A DNA stretch of 64,000 nt from Selaginella moellendorffii (lineage: Eukaryota; Plantae; Lycopodiophyta): NCBI RefSeq assembly GCF_000143415.4, contig NW_003314262.1, positions 1,787,960 to 1,851,959 of the forward strand. Reading direction: 5' to 3'. Position 1 is the stretch's first letter. Each line of letters starts with the position of its first letter. The notes beneath the pieces are model-generated. The model searched no databases. It had not been told where the DNA came from and worked only from the letters and a program-made list of their open reading frames with translations. The position numbers and the translations under genes are program-made. Below, in pieces: positions 9,601 to 22,903 of this stretch.

Positions 9601-12600
9601 CAATGTCATAAAAGGAAATACTCATTGTCAAGGAAGCCATCATTGGGACACTCGAACACTCTAAAACACTAGGAGGTGGTGTTTGATGTCGCGAGGGTAA
9701 TAAATAAAGCCCAAGGGACTAAGTCCCTAGCGAATGATGGATAGACGGTGCTATCCAAATGTCCAAAGGTGGCAGAGACAGGAGAAGACTGTCTACTCGA
9801 ATTGGACAAAGCCAAAAATGGAATTTTGGCAAGGCTAGTGATGGGCATGTAAAGGCCCGTAAGCAACAACGTAATCTCGTTGTGTGGGATTATAGGGTGA
9901 GCATACCTGGATTGAGGAACCACTCCCTAGGCTATCGGGTAGGTTCACCCCTAAGAATACTTGCTAAGGCATGATAGAAAGTGCAAAGCTATCCTCTTGG
10001 TCTGGAGGAGAATGACCGAAGGAAAGGTGTGAAGCCAAAAACAAGAAGTAAGGGGATAGAACTGAACCATAGGAATCGAAAGGCATAACCAAGGTTGGTT
10101 ATGCCAGCTGGGAGTGGAGAATCAAGTGGGGGCCTGAGGGTGTTGCCCCTAGCAATCGTGATGCCATGGAGAGTCTAAAATATGGAATTGTCCATGTTAG
10201 ACTATATGGTAATTGGAAAGCTTGCAAAAATGGAGGCTTTAGCAAGCTAAGGGACAAAGTTCCTTCAAGGTTCTCAAAAATGATTCTAGGTAGCTTAGTA
10301 CCTAGAAAGGCCAAGCGTAAATGGTTCAAGGAATGCGTGAAATCAGAGTGGCGCAACAGAAGCGTGGTCTTGAAGCTTGCCATGAGGCAAGGCTATCAAG
10401 GTTAGGGAAGAAGTTCCCGAGTGTTCAAAGAGAGGGCTTTGAACGAAAGTCGATGACAAAGGGCTTTCACGCTTGTGCAGGAACCATGTTACAGTGGTCG
10501 GAGGGCTTGCCAAAGCGAGATTGGCAAGTCAGGGGAACAAATACCCTAGTTGAAGGTGATAACTTCAAAAAGGGTTGGCCATGGGGCCAAGCATGGAGGA
10601 GTCCATGCATGATCACAGACTTGTCAAGTGAGAGGACTTGGCAGTGTGGAGGAACTAGGTTCCTAAGTTGTGATGTATGGCGCGCTTTGAGTATAAGTTG
10701 GTGCACTGGCGTGGGGAGTCATGCTAGGCATCCTGGGTGATGCCGTCCGTAGATGCATATACGGAGGTGGGGTTCGAGTCCCGACCCTCTAGTGCTTGGG
10801 TTCGAGTCCCAACTCACTAGGGCGTGGTGATGGTTTGGAATATGAGGACACTCATTTTTCGATGGTCATGGACTCTCAATGTGGAGACTGGCTTGGGCAC
10901 ACCGCCAAGCGAGGGATGCCTCAGAGTCGTGATGCACGGTTAGATTGCTTAGTGTGGCTCAGCATATCTAACTTAAACACTTTGGTGCAAGTGGCACCAA
11001 GGACGTGGTGAATGAGATGGGGACACCCAGTCTCAGTTGCTACGGACCCTTGGCCGGAAGGGCTGGCTTGGGCGCACCGCCAAGTGTGGGGGATGCCCCC
11101 GGGGTCGTAGTTAACAAGTTAAAGGTCTGGAAGACCTAATACCTATTGGCAAACCTATTAAGGTGCCGAGGTGAGATCACTAGGTGATCTTGTGGCTAAA
11201 TAAGGACAAAGTCCTTGTTTGGGCTAGGGAATAAGGTTCCTAGTTCAAAGTGTTGATTTGAACTATTGATGATGGTGTGGCTTAGTCAAAGTGACCAAGT
11301 GGGAAAAGCACCTTAGGGAAATGAGCTATGTCATTGCGATGGCATAGTGTGTCCAAGGAAAGTAGTCTCTAAAGAGACCTAGGGGAGGGTCACAAAGTTG
11401 GGCTGTGGATAGAGCTCACAGCAAAAGATGCTAAAGAAACTTACTAGGGGTGAACACCCTAGTCTTGGCAAAGCAGAGCCTTTGCTATGGAATCAAAAGA
11501 ATACCTCAAGGAGGGGGGTAAAGATTCGGTGTTGCTTGGTGCAACAATCAACGGGTAGGAGCAAAAGATGAGTGGCCAAGATAGGGCCGTGGAATCCCTT
11601 CGAAGGAATCCAAGTGGCAAAGTTAGGCGAGGAACACTAATATGTTGGACGCTAACAAATTGCGGGAAAGGAAGTGTGTTTCCAAAGATGGATTCCGAAT
11701 TGCTCCGATTTGGCGAAAGGGGAAGCTCCAAGGGAGGGAGCGGTAAGGTAGCCAAATGATAGGGCCATGAACAACCCTAGCACAAAGTATGATAACTGGA
11801 ACTTAGTGCCCCAGGGTGGCACGAAATAGAAGAGAGGATGATGGTGCCCTCGAGTAGAGAACTTCCTAGGATGGGAAGTGGAGTTGCACAAAAGGTGCAA
11901 GGCAAAGTGTCGGAGACATCTAGGAAATTGACTCCAAGAAGTCAAAATTCAAAGTTCCAAAGTGCAAAGGTTATATTGATGGGAACTAAGACCACTCGAG
12001 AATGAGTAGTGGGAATTGAGTTAGAGAAGATGTCTCTAACAGGTTTAGTGAGAACTGAATCAATAAAAGGGAGCAAACCACCCCAGGTGGTCGAATAAGT
12101 CTCTATGTTGGAAAGACTATGCTCCTTAGAGGATGGGCAAGGCATAGTGAGCCTTTGGTGTCAAACCATTGACGAATATGGAGAAGGCATCGTGAGCCTT
12201 CAATGTCAAACTATTAACAAGTATTGGGTAGGTGCCAAGGATGGAAATGGTAACACATGCGGGTGCTACTTTGTAAAATAGTTTATCGTTCGATGAGGAC
12301 ATCGAACTTCGTCTATGGGTGGTGGAGTTGTGAGACACAAAATCCCTAGGTCCCAAAGTGGAGCCGGAAAGGGTGTCACGTGGTAGTGGCCGAAGTGAAA
12401 GCCAAACAAACATAACACGTTTGGACTAAAAGCTCCGACTTGGAAGGTCGAGAGCGGGAGTGGAACTCCCAACAAAGTGCTCGAGGAGCAAGCACGAGGC
12501 AACCAATAAGCAAGGCTCCAAAAAGGGACCCAAAAAGGACCAACACATGACACGTGGAAGTGTCCGAGATGGACCGAAAGTGGAGTCCGATATGGAGTCC

Positions 12601-14041
12601 GAGATGGAGTCCGAGATGGACCCGAAGTGGAGTCCAATATGGAGTCCGATATGGAGTCTGAGATGGACCCAAGATGGAGTCCAAGATGGACCCGAAGTGG
12701 AGTCCGATATGGAGTCCGATATGGAGTCTGAGATGGAGTCCGAGATGGACCCGAGATGGAGTCTGAGATGGACCCGAGATGGAGTCCGAGATAGACCCGA
12801 GATGGAGTCCGAGATGGACCCGAGATGGAGTCCGAGATGGACCCGAGATGGAGTCCGAGATGGAGTCTGAGATGGACCCGAGATGGAGTCCAAGATGGAG
12901 TCCGAGATGGAACCAAGACCGAGACCGAGGCCGAGACCGAGACCGAGACCGAGTCCGAGTCTGAAACTGGGACCGAGACCAAGTCCGAGTCTGAGTTTGA
13001 GCCCGAGTCCAAGTCCGAATACTAATACAGGCAGTTGGGTGAAAGCCCAAAGTGATTGTCCCCCAGGGGGGGGTGGCTGCAGGGGGTTCCAAAAGTATAG
13101 TAGGGAGAGTGTGGGGGTTGGAGCCTAGTGGAGCCAGTTTGGCCAGGAAAGGCTAGTTTGGCCCAAGAAGGCCAGACCCAGTGTTGGGTGATGAGCTGAC
13201 CACTAGGAAGTCCAAGACTAGAGTGAACACGGACCGACAAGCAGGGTAGCTTGGTGAAGTGTTCAAGAGCTGGCTCTAGTTCCCCCGGGAGATTGACTGG
13301 CCGATGCTCCCAGTCCAAGTGTGGGTGGCACTACCTACTTGGATACCAGGCGTGGCTCAATGGAACCTCGCTCTAAGCCCATGGCTAGAGCACCCAATAG
13401 CAGAAGGCGGGGAGAGTACCCAGGTGGCTCGCGTAAGGCCACGGTGTTCCGAAATGTTGTCCCAAAGGCCCAGACTGTGGAAAGGAAGAGGAGCAATCCT
13501 CTGGGGTAGTGACCAAGGACACAGTTGTGTGGTGAGGAAGTCCCAGAGGACCGTGGGACTTAGTGGTCGGGCTTGTGGGTCTTGATCTAGTGGCAGTGTT
13601 GGCAAACACGGCCAGGGGGAGAAAAGGACTTAGTGGGGACTGACAGAGGGATATTTAGGAAGGCTATTCCCCTTGTCGGTGGGCATCCTAAGGATGCTAA
13701 GGAGTGGATCTGAGATGACCACTCACGGATGGTTTGCCTAGTCTTGGAGAGCCAAGACTGTGATACAAGTGGTATTGGACTACCAGTGTGGCAAAGGTGA
13801 TTGGGCATGGCCTTAGCGTAACAGGTTGCCATGGCGGTGGTACTTTTGAGTGTCAGTCATGGGATCGGACACGTGGAGCACTTGGACCAAGTGCAAATGT
13901 TGAGTGGCATGGATGCCATTCTCGGGGCTAGCAAGTCCCAAGTCCTGAAATGGACTTATGGAGGTTGTGATTGAGACTCCTCCAAGTGGTCAGAGCTGTG
14001 GTTAAGTGACTAAAGTAGAATGGAAAATTTAGTCGCTTACA
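6654..14041 (+). mobile_element. Element B: complete non-autonomous LTR retrotransposon (7388 bp). 5' LTR 6654-8224, 3' LTR 12329-14041, TSD GTGGG
   Basis: TGTGAG...CTTACA termini. PBS TGGTATCCGAGC 8228-8239. PPT-like GGGTGGTGGAG 12317-12327. GTGGG at 6649-6653 and 14042-14046; removing B restores element A's 3' internal sequence. No long ORF in the 4.1-kb internal domain. Confidence 0.92.
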
Positions 14042-15977
14042 GTGGGATTGAGTTAGAGAAGGTGTCTTTAACAAGTTTAGTGAGAACTAAACCAGTAAAA
14101 GGAGGGAACCACCACAAGTGGTCCAATCAGTCTCTAAGTTGGAGAGACTATACTCCTTAGAGGATGGGGAAGGCATGGTGAGCCTTCAATATCAGACCAT
14201 TGACAAATATTAGCGAGGGGCCAAGGATAGAAACAGTAATACAAGTTGGTATTACTTTATAAAATAGTTTATCGTTTGATAAGGACATCAAACTTCGTCT
14301 ATGGGTGGTGGAGTTGTGAGACACAAAATCCCTAAGCCCCAAAGTGGAGCCGAAAGGGTGCCATGTGGTAGTGGCCAAAGCGAAAGCCAAACGAGCGTAA
14401 CACGTTTGGACTAAAATCTCTAACTTGAAAAGGTTGAGAGTGGGAGTGGAACTCCCAATGAAGTGCTCGAGGAACGAGCACGAAGCGAGCAATAAGCAAG
14501 GCTCCTAAAAGGACTGACACATGACACATGGAAGTGTCCGAGATGGACCCAAGTTGGGGTCTGAAGTGGAGTCCGAGATGGACCTGAGTTGGAGTCCGAA
14601 GTGGAGTCCGAGAAGGACCCGAGATGGAGTCCGAGATGGACCCAAGATGGACCCTAGATGGAGTCCGAGATGGAGTCTGAGATGGACCCGAGATGGAACC
14701 GAGATGGAGACCGAGATGGACCCGAGATGGAGTCCGAGATGGAATCGGGACCGAGACCGAGTCCGAGTCTGAAACCGGGACCAAGTCCGAGTTTGAGTCT
14801 GAGTCCGAGTCCGAATACTAATACAGGCAGTTGGGTGAAAGCCCAAAGCGATCGTCCCCTAGGGGGTGGGGGGGGGGGGGTGGGGGGGCTGCAGGGGGTT
14901 CCAAAAGTATAGTAAGGAGAGTGTGGGGGTTGGAGCCCAGTGGAGACAATTTGGCCAGGAAGGGCTATTTTGGCCCAGGAAAGGCCATACCCAGTGTTGG
15001 GTGATGAGCTAACCACTGGGAAGTCCAAGACTAGAGTGAATACAGACCGACAAGCGGGGTAGCTTGGTAGCCGGCTCTAGTTCCCCTGGGAGATCGACTG
15101 GCCGATGCTTCTAGTCCAAGTGTGGGTGGCACTACCTACTTGGATACCTAGCATGGCTCAATAGAACCTCACTCTAAGCCCATGGCTAAAGCACCTAAAG
15201 GCGAAAGGCAGGGAGAGTACCCATGCGGCTTGCGTAAGGCCACGATGTTCCAAAATGTTGTCCCAAAGTCCCAAATGGTGAAAGGGAAGAAGAGTCGTCC
15301 TCTAGTGCAGTGACCAAGGATACAGTCACATGGTGAGGAAGTCCCAAAGGATAGTGGGACTTAGAGGTTGGGCTTGCGGGCCTTGATCTAATAGCAGTGT
15401 TGGTGAATATGGCCATAGGCAAAAAGGGGCTTGGTGGGGACTGGAAAAGAGTTGTCGGGGAAGGCTATTCCCCATGTCTGCGGGCATCCTAAGGATGCTA
15501 AGGAGTAGATCTGGGATGATCACTCATGGATGGATGGCCTAGTCTTTGAGAGACGAGACTATGATGTAGGTGGCATTAGACCACCGGTGTGACCAAAGTG
15601 AATGGGTATGGCCTTAGCGTAATGGGCCGATATGCCAGGGGTACCTTGGGGTGTCAGTCATGGGATCGGACACGTGGAGCATTTGGACCAAGTGCAAAGG
15701 TTGAGTGGCATGGATGCCATTCTTGGGGCTAGCATGCCCCAAGTCCTAACTGGGACTTTTAGGGGTTGTGAATGAGACTCCTCCAAGTGGTCGAAAGTGC
15801 AGTTAAGTGACTAAAGAAAAATGGAAATATTAGTCGCTTACAACTAGGCCATCTGTTCATGAGTGACCATCCTAGATCCACTCCTTAGCATCCTTAAGAT
15901 GCCCGCAGACATGGGGAATAGCCTTCCTCAATATCCCTTTTACAGTCCCTACCAAGTCCCTTTTTTGACCATGGCCG

Positions 15978-18900
15978 TGTAAGCTACAAAGTTTTCCTTT
16001 CCAATTTGCCAACTTACTTTGTCTATCCGACCAACACTGCCTTGGCTTTTGCTAAGTTCACTCGCCAAGGTTCCCGCCTATTGTACCAGCTCCTACTTGG
16101 TTCTATTTGGTTTCAGCTACTCACTGCACAAGCAACGGAGCGTTAGCCATCCATCCACAGATTCCCAAATCTCTCCCAATCCCCCTCCCCGGGTTAGACT
16201 GGACTTAAGGTTCGGCTACACTCCCCATAGGCACAAGCAGCCAAACACACCAAGCCTCTAGGTTCCTAACATCCCTTGGTACAACAAGACATATCATATG
16301 ACCCTCTAAATCGCAAATGTCGCAAATGTGACTTTGGGTATCGAAAGTTACCTGTCGGCTAGTCCTTACGGACACTCTTTCCTTACTGCTACGATGGCAG
16401 AAGGTCAGTATTGCTAGACCCATTATTAGTCTCCGCATAAGCTAGTTGAAAAACTGGTCATCATATATGCACTTAGACCAGAAGGGCACTAAGGAAGGAA
16501 ATTCTAAGTTGTCATTTGTCAAGTAGACTTGACACGGTGATGAGAAACTCATGATGTTGACTTGCACTTGCTAATGTTGGGAACCCCCGCGATATTGAGA
16601 TTGGTCCCTCAATATTCGCTAGATGATAGCTTACCGTGTCTGCCAAACACCCTCGCTATCATGCCCTTTGTGTTAGTCTCATTTCGGTCCCAAATGCTAT
16701 TTATGGAAATTATCCAGATTTGTTCATTTGGCATATCTACGGAATGTAGAGATTGGCCTGAACACAATGGTGTTCGTCCCGTGTCCAAATTCGCAATCTA
16801 ACGTCATTCCATATTTAGTAAGTTTCGAGCTTGTCCCAGAGACTAACTCCTAATACTAAGGGAGGCTTGGGGTGAAAGCCCAAAGCGTGTGTTCTTCAAG
16901 AGGGGGGGGCGGGGCTATGGGGGGTTCCAAATGTATAGTAGGGATAGTGGGTAGGTCAGGCATGGCCAGCCGACCTGAGGCATAGTCTAGCTCCCGCTTG
17001 CGTGCCTGTCCTTGTTCTGCGTCCAGCTTGGGTCTAAGCCCAAGCTCCACACCATGCTAGCTGGTGGAGTACCCATATCCTCACGTTAGGCCACCAGTAT
17101 GCCGAAATAGCACCAGACTCCGTTTGGCTCCATTTTGCGTGCTAGTCCTGGCATTGGGATGTTGGTTGCTCTAGGACTGTTCCAAGTTGCTCCGGGCTTT
17201 TGTCCCTTTGCTCCTTGGGCTATATGCTCGGGAGTTGCTCTGTGGTCCGGTTTCGTCACTCTTGGCTCCATGTTTGGGAGTTTGGCACCGTTCCTTCATT
17301 CAGTGGCTCAAGGCCCTGAACCTTGGGTTCCGCACCGTTGTCCTTTGGACACGTGGCATGCATCACATGGCATAAAGAGGGTTTAGGTTCCGATTCGTGG
17401 TGTTATCCTATGGTAAATCACCATAGGATAAAGGGTCAAAACCATGTGTGGTACATTTGGTATCAGAGAATACCTCTCAGCGAGTACTATACAATGAGAT
17501 TGGGCAACTAGTCTTGTTGCATATGCAGAGATGAAAACGATAATCCGAATGGGTACACGTTTGGGTGCAAAGGCTTTACGATTGTTCCTTGGGTATGGAT
17601 TTGGTTACCTTGTTGTACCGCATTGTATGAGCTTACTCTTGGGCTCATAAGATGGATTGAGATGTTCCGTTTCACACGAGTTTGTGCTTGGCCTCGTGAG
17701 TAAGGCACATTAGCAACTCAAGATTATACTTTGAGTTGGCAAGATTAATGTTAGCGTATCGGTGGTTCCATGAGTTGTTCCATGTACCGTGGGTAAAAGT
17801 AAACCTTCCCTAGGTTTGCTGTGAGTGGTGAATAGGCTGGTCCATAGCTCTTTAGCAAGGCACTAGTGGATCCTTCCTAGGCATGATTATAAGTGGATCA
17901 ATCAAGACTGTAGGGAGGAGTCTATTGGTTCAAGTAGTCATTGTCGTGCTCTCTTATAAACTTTTCTTGGATTGGACTGAAGGCAGTGCGAAAGCAAGCT
18001 TGAGGTTTGGTCAAAAGATGAGACCAAAAAGAGAGTCGTCAGGGACGAAGGATCAAACATGTAAATCATTTTCTCTTCTTGGAGAGATGATTTGCAACGA
18101 AATGTGACTCATTGCTCGTGTTCACATTATGCAATCAAGAATCCCTATCTTGATGCATGTTGGAAATGATGGTCTTGCAAGTGGTGAGTCGTGGGATGGA
18201 TAGCGGTGAAGTGCTATACCATTTTGTCTAGGCTTGCTATTGGAAGACTTAAGTTGCAATGCTCAATTCTTTTCTGGAGATCTTTACTATTGCTCCTTGA
18301 GTAGCTTGGTGTTAGATTAGTTTTAAGTTTGGTCAAAAAGAGAGTGGTATGAGCTTGTCCGTGTTGTGAACAAAAGTTAGTGGTGCTAGGTGTTATAAAT
18401 CTCTATCGGTGAAGTGTGGCATTTATGTTGCATTTTGTTGAATTGAGTTGGCATTTGATATTCACATAAACTTTTGAAGTAATGACATAGGCATTACTCA
18501 TGGTGTTATTCAATTGATGATCAAGTCATTGTCATATCCATGTGATAATAAGCAATGTGTTGACGAAGTTGCTTGGTTAAACGATGATCAACCCTAAAGT
18601 GGTTGATGGTGAAGCTAGTCTACTTGCACGAAGTAGCATTGTAGTAGCTTTGACTGGATTCTCGATGGTGGTCCACTATGCTAAGCTTAAGTTGGTACCT
18701 TGTTTCCTTGAGTTTGCCCATAAGGTGTTAGAAAGGGTTGTAGCATTCATTTGCTATGACTTGTCAGTTGATCCGTTAGCACTTGGAGTAGATTGTTGGA
18801 TGGAAAAAGTGTGTGGTTGAGGCATTGACATCACTAGCATTTGTGTTAGTGAAAGTGGCATTGTTATTCGAATGATGAGGAATTTTCCTTAGAGCTTGAT

Positions 18901-21900
18901 TTTCCATGTCATTTTTTTTTCTTGTTAGTGTTTTAGATTCACATTGGATTTTGAAGATGATTGAAGAAAGTGTTAGTGTAATGTGGATATCTGAAGATAT
19001 GGTCTTCGTGATCAAGCCTTGGATGTCCACTTTGCATTTTGCGGATGTCGGAGTTGGATATCAGAAAAATGGGCAAAGATGTTTGAGGCTTAAGCATACT
19101 ATGGGTCATGAGAATTTATGTTGAGGTGAACCTATGTGAAGTTGTTAGTAGGAGGAAATTGGTTGAGTCTTGAAAGTTTGCATTCCTGGACAGAGAGTCA
19201 TTCTTTCTCTAGAATGGAAAATTTTCCACAAATTTTTTTAGACTTTTCCAATGGCTGATCTGTTGATTACTTTGACTGAAAACCATTCTATTTTTGTAAG
19301 CTAGTACAAACTAGTGAAGGGGTTGAAGTTGACTTCGGTTGGTTTAGACCTTAGTAGATAGTTTGTATGATGCGACCCGAAAGGAATGTTGACTTTTGGG
19401 GCTAAGGCAATTGAGTTGGATAGAGTCTGGAGTTGGTGTAGAAAAGTGGCCATTGCGCTTTTCTAAGAAAGGTGACCCTTATGTCTTTCTTCTGTAACAT
19501 TATGCTTGGTGGTAGATTGCATCTTGCATTTCATTAAACTCTATGAGAGTAGTGAGCTCTCACTGATCTTGACTTGGTCTTGGTAACCTTGTGCCTTGGC
19601 TAAGGATGGTGATGTCCAACTTAGTTGTTTGAGTTTGAGATGTTGGTACCCGTATTATAGCTTTGTCTATGAGGAGGTTGTGTATCATATGAGTCTATCT
19701 CATGGTCTTCACTTTAGTTTCGACTGAGTGTTGATCATGCATAGCTAGCCTTTTCAAGGTATGCTCAGAGCTATTAGCTAAACTTATTAGTGAGCTTATT
19801 GCGGTTGAGTTGGATATGAGTGGTCATTTAGTTTGTGTTTGTCCATGAACCTTTATCTCGTACTTGGGGTATTACGTTCATGTTGGCCAAGCATATAACT
19901 TAGTGGCGTGAATTTGGTGTTTGGTTCTTGTGAAGGCAAGTTGAAGAGTGATTATTGGTTGCTTTGTGACTAATGATTGCTTGAAGACTTCGTCAAGAAC
20001 TATTGACACTTGCTTCACTTGATGATGATTTAGCAGTGATAGACTTGCTTTACCGGATGGTGCTGCGGAGGATTGTGTTGTTAAACTTACATGGTGTTTT
20101 CTATGTTGGCATATTGACTCTACCTTTGTCAATATCATTTTGGTTGCATTTAGTTCGTAGTGTTAGATTTCATTGAGTCTTAGATGTGGTGATTCACTCC
20201 TTGATGAAGTGTTATCTGTAGCTGAGTATTGTTGAAGAATTGGTCTCATACTGACTAAAGTATCTTCAACTTTGGTTAGCTTGGTTGTTAAAGAGCTTTG
20301 AGTGGTGATTCACTTTTGCTTTCTTCTAGCTTGTTATGATGTTAATGGCATTGAAGTGATGCCTTGTCGTTGACATTGTTGATATTGAGATTCGAGTGAA
20401 ATGAAATGTCTCTTCTTAGGATTGATATTGAGTTTCATTAGTCTCGATAAAGATAGTGTTGATGATTTGGCTATGGCTTTGTGTTATTGGCATTCGTGCA
20501 TTTGCTAGTTAGCAACTGTATTGACGTTCAAATGAACTAAGTGGCAAGTTTGAGTTAGTTGCGTTATAGACGAGATTATTTAGTAAGGGTTAAGCTTTGG
20601 CTTTTCCTTGAAAAGTAATTCAGTCATGGACTATGCTAGCTTTACGAGATGAAGAGTTAGTGATTAATATTGAAGTGATCAAATCTTTGTTGGATTTGAG
20701 TTGGGATATATTGATCATTGGTGATTCTTCTTGTACTTGCTATGAAGTAAGTTATGTCTTGCTATAGATGGATTCATGGAGGATCGATTAGTGATCACTT
20801 GTTGAGCATAGCTTCGTTATGCTTAGATTTTGGATTGATGCGGACACACTCTTCATTAGCTTTGGCATTATGAAGTTTAGCTTATGGATGTGTTGAGGAG
20901 GATGTTGTGGGTTGTACCATGCTTTCTTCTTTAGCATTGAAATTAGTTCATGTGAGATTCGTGATCATTATTAGGCAAGACTTGGCTATAGACTTCTTCA
21001 AGCTTTTAGTTCCTTGAGTCTTGTGCTTATTGTTCCATTTGTTAGAAGTTGTTGGGGAAAGGCATTTTGGTTTGTTAGATTCAATGTTGAAATTAATATT
21101 TGCATTTGGCAATTATTGGTGATGATTGACTATCATCTGGGATAGTTGATTATCCTTATCAAGGGTTTTGCTTAATTATTGTTGATATAGAATGATTTGC
21201 CGTTCTTCGGGATGATGGATTCTTTTTTCAATGATGATTATGCATCTCTCTATTAATGGGATGATTGATAGTTTTTTATGATGGTTAGTTGTTCTTTTTT
21301 ATGGCTTTTGGCTTTTCGCAATACCACATGTTCTTTGTGGTTTGCTTTGGATTGGTCTATTGGGTTTAAGACATTGGTAGAATGTTGCTGACACTTGCTT
21401 GAGCAGCTTTGGTTCCTTGGTATTATTGACCGGGATCTATTCAGAATGGCTAATGCGATGGTTGATATGAACAAGCGTTTGTTTGCTTTGCAACATTCAT
21501 TTTGTTTTGTTGATTATTGCTCAAGTTCATTCTAATAGATTGGGATGTTATTTCCTTCGGGTGATACATTCGCGAGCATTGTGCTTGTCAGTCAATGATA
21601 CTTTGTGTTCTTTGAGTTATCTTTAGTAAGTTATTTAGCATACTATTTGCCATCTTCAGTAGTTAAGTTTTATCATTGAGTTTCCTTGATGATATACTTG
21701 CTATTGAATTTTATTGGATGGTGATTCCTATGTTTACCAATTATGATGATCTTGGTGGTTCTTATACTCTAATACTGGTTTATCGGATAATAACTTACTT
21801 GGAATACTTTTGTGTTCTAGTCTAGGTTTTATTCACTGATACTTTAGTCTCTAAGATATCATTTCCTTTCCAATTTACCAACTTACCTCATCTATCTGAC

Positions 21901-22903
21901 CAACACTGCCTTGGCTTTTGCTAAGTTCACTCGCCAAGGTTCCCGCCTATTGTACTAGCTCCTACTTGGTTTCAGCTACTCACTGCACAAGCAACGGAGC
22001 GTTAGCCATCTATCCACAGATTCCCAAATTTCTCCCAATCCCCCTCCCCGGGTTAGACTGGACTTAAGGTTCGGCTACACTCCCCACAGGCATAAGCAGC
22101 CAAGCACACCAAACCTCCAGGTTCCTAACATCCCTTGATACAATAAGACTTGATCATAGGACCCTCTAAATCCCAAGCCTTGGGTGCAACACTTGCTTCG
22201 GGACATTGAGGCAAAACACCGTGGCTTAACAGCCCGGTATGGGTACTTCTACCCCCCCACTTCCATTCCGAAGGGGAGGTCCAAGCCCCTAGGAAGGGCG
22301 AAGACCAATGAGCCACAAGGTACTCAAGTGAGGCACCACTCCACATGAGCCGGGAGCACTACAGTCAGTTTCCCTTTCGGGAGTGGGAGCTGCTCTTGAG
22401 CACTTCCTTGGGTGGGCCCTTCAGCACCACCCGAGTCCATGCTCACTCCCACCCAAGGCCCCTCATCCTCAATCTCAACCTCAAGTCGGTTTGGAAGCAC
22501 TATTGGAGAGTTCCTTCAAGACTGGTTCCTGGACCTCACTATCCCTACTATACTTTTGGAACCCCCTACAGCCCCCCCCCCCCCCCCCCCGGGATGCACG
22601 CTTTGGGCTTTCACCCCTTGACCTGTATTAGTATTTAGACTCAGTCTTGGACTCGATCTCGGACTCGACTTTGGACTCGATCTCGGACTCGGTCTTGGAT
22701 CCGATTCGGATCTCGGACTCTGTCTCGAACACGGTGTCCAATTCGGCCTTGAGCTCAATCCTGGACTCCATCTCGAACTCGGTCTCAGAGTCAGTCTTAG
22801 ACTCAATCTCAGACTCGGTCCCATCCGATGAACTCTTTGTCATTTTGGTCATGCTTTCGGGGATCTTTTAGCCTACGACACCTTGGGGAGTTGGTTCCTT
22901 ACA
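15978..22903 (-). mobile_element. Element C: related, decayed LTR retrotransposon. Left LTR remnant 15978-~16310, right LTR ~21861-22903, TSD GGCCG
   Basis: TGTAAG at 15978 and CTTACA ending at 22903. GGCCG at 15973-15977 and 22904-22908. ~310-bp direct repeat ~15995-16310 / ~21861-22170. Contains the reverse complement of the family promoter block. Confidence 0.78.
16860..17468 (+). mobile_element. LTR 3' half plus PBS of a further family (E), nested in C
   Basis: GGGTGAAAGCCCAAAG/G-tract/TATAGTAGGG block. Ends GGTACA at 17455, followed by TGGTATCAGAG 17458-17468. A homologous decayed copy lies at 23970-24370. Confidence 0.7.

Larger units (their letters stand above)
1562..15842 (+). mobile_element. 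Element A: non-autonomous LTR retrotransposon (LARD-like, Gypsy-type signals). 5' LTR ~1562-2947 (5'-truncated), 3' LTR 14315-15842. Hosts element B and the Cassandra TRIM
   Basis: Both LTRs end in GTCGCTTACA and share subfamily-diagnostic sequence (GAGTACCCATGC, CAAAGTCCCAAA). PBS TGGTATCGGAG at 2951. Purine tract GGGTGGTGGAG precedes TGTGAG at 14315. Confidence 0.85.

Noticed and set aside
1562-15842. Tandem LTR-internal-LTR-internal-LTR array
   Set aside because: The GTGGG TSD and LTR subfamily pairing show nested insertion of B into A.
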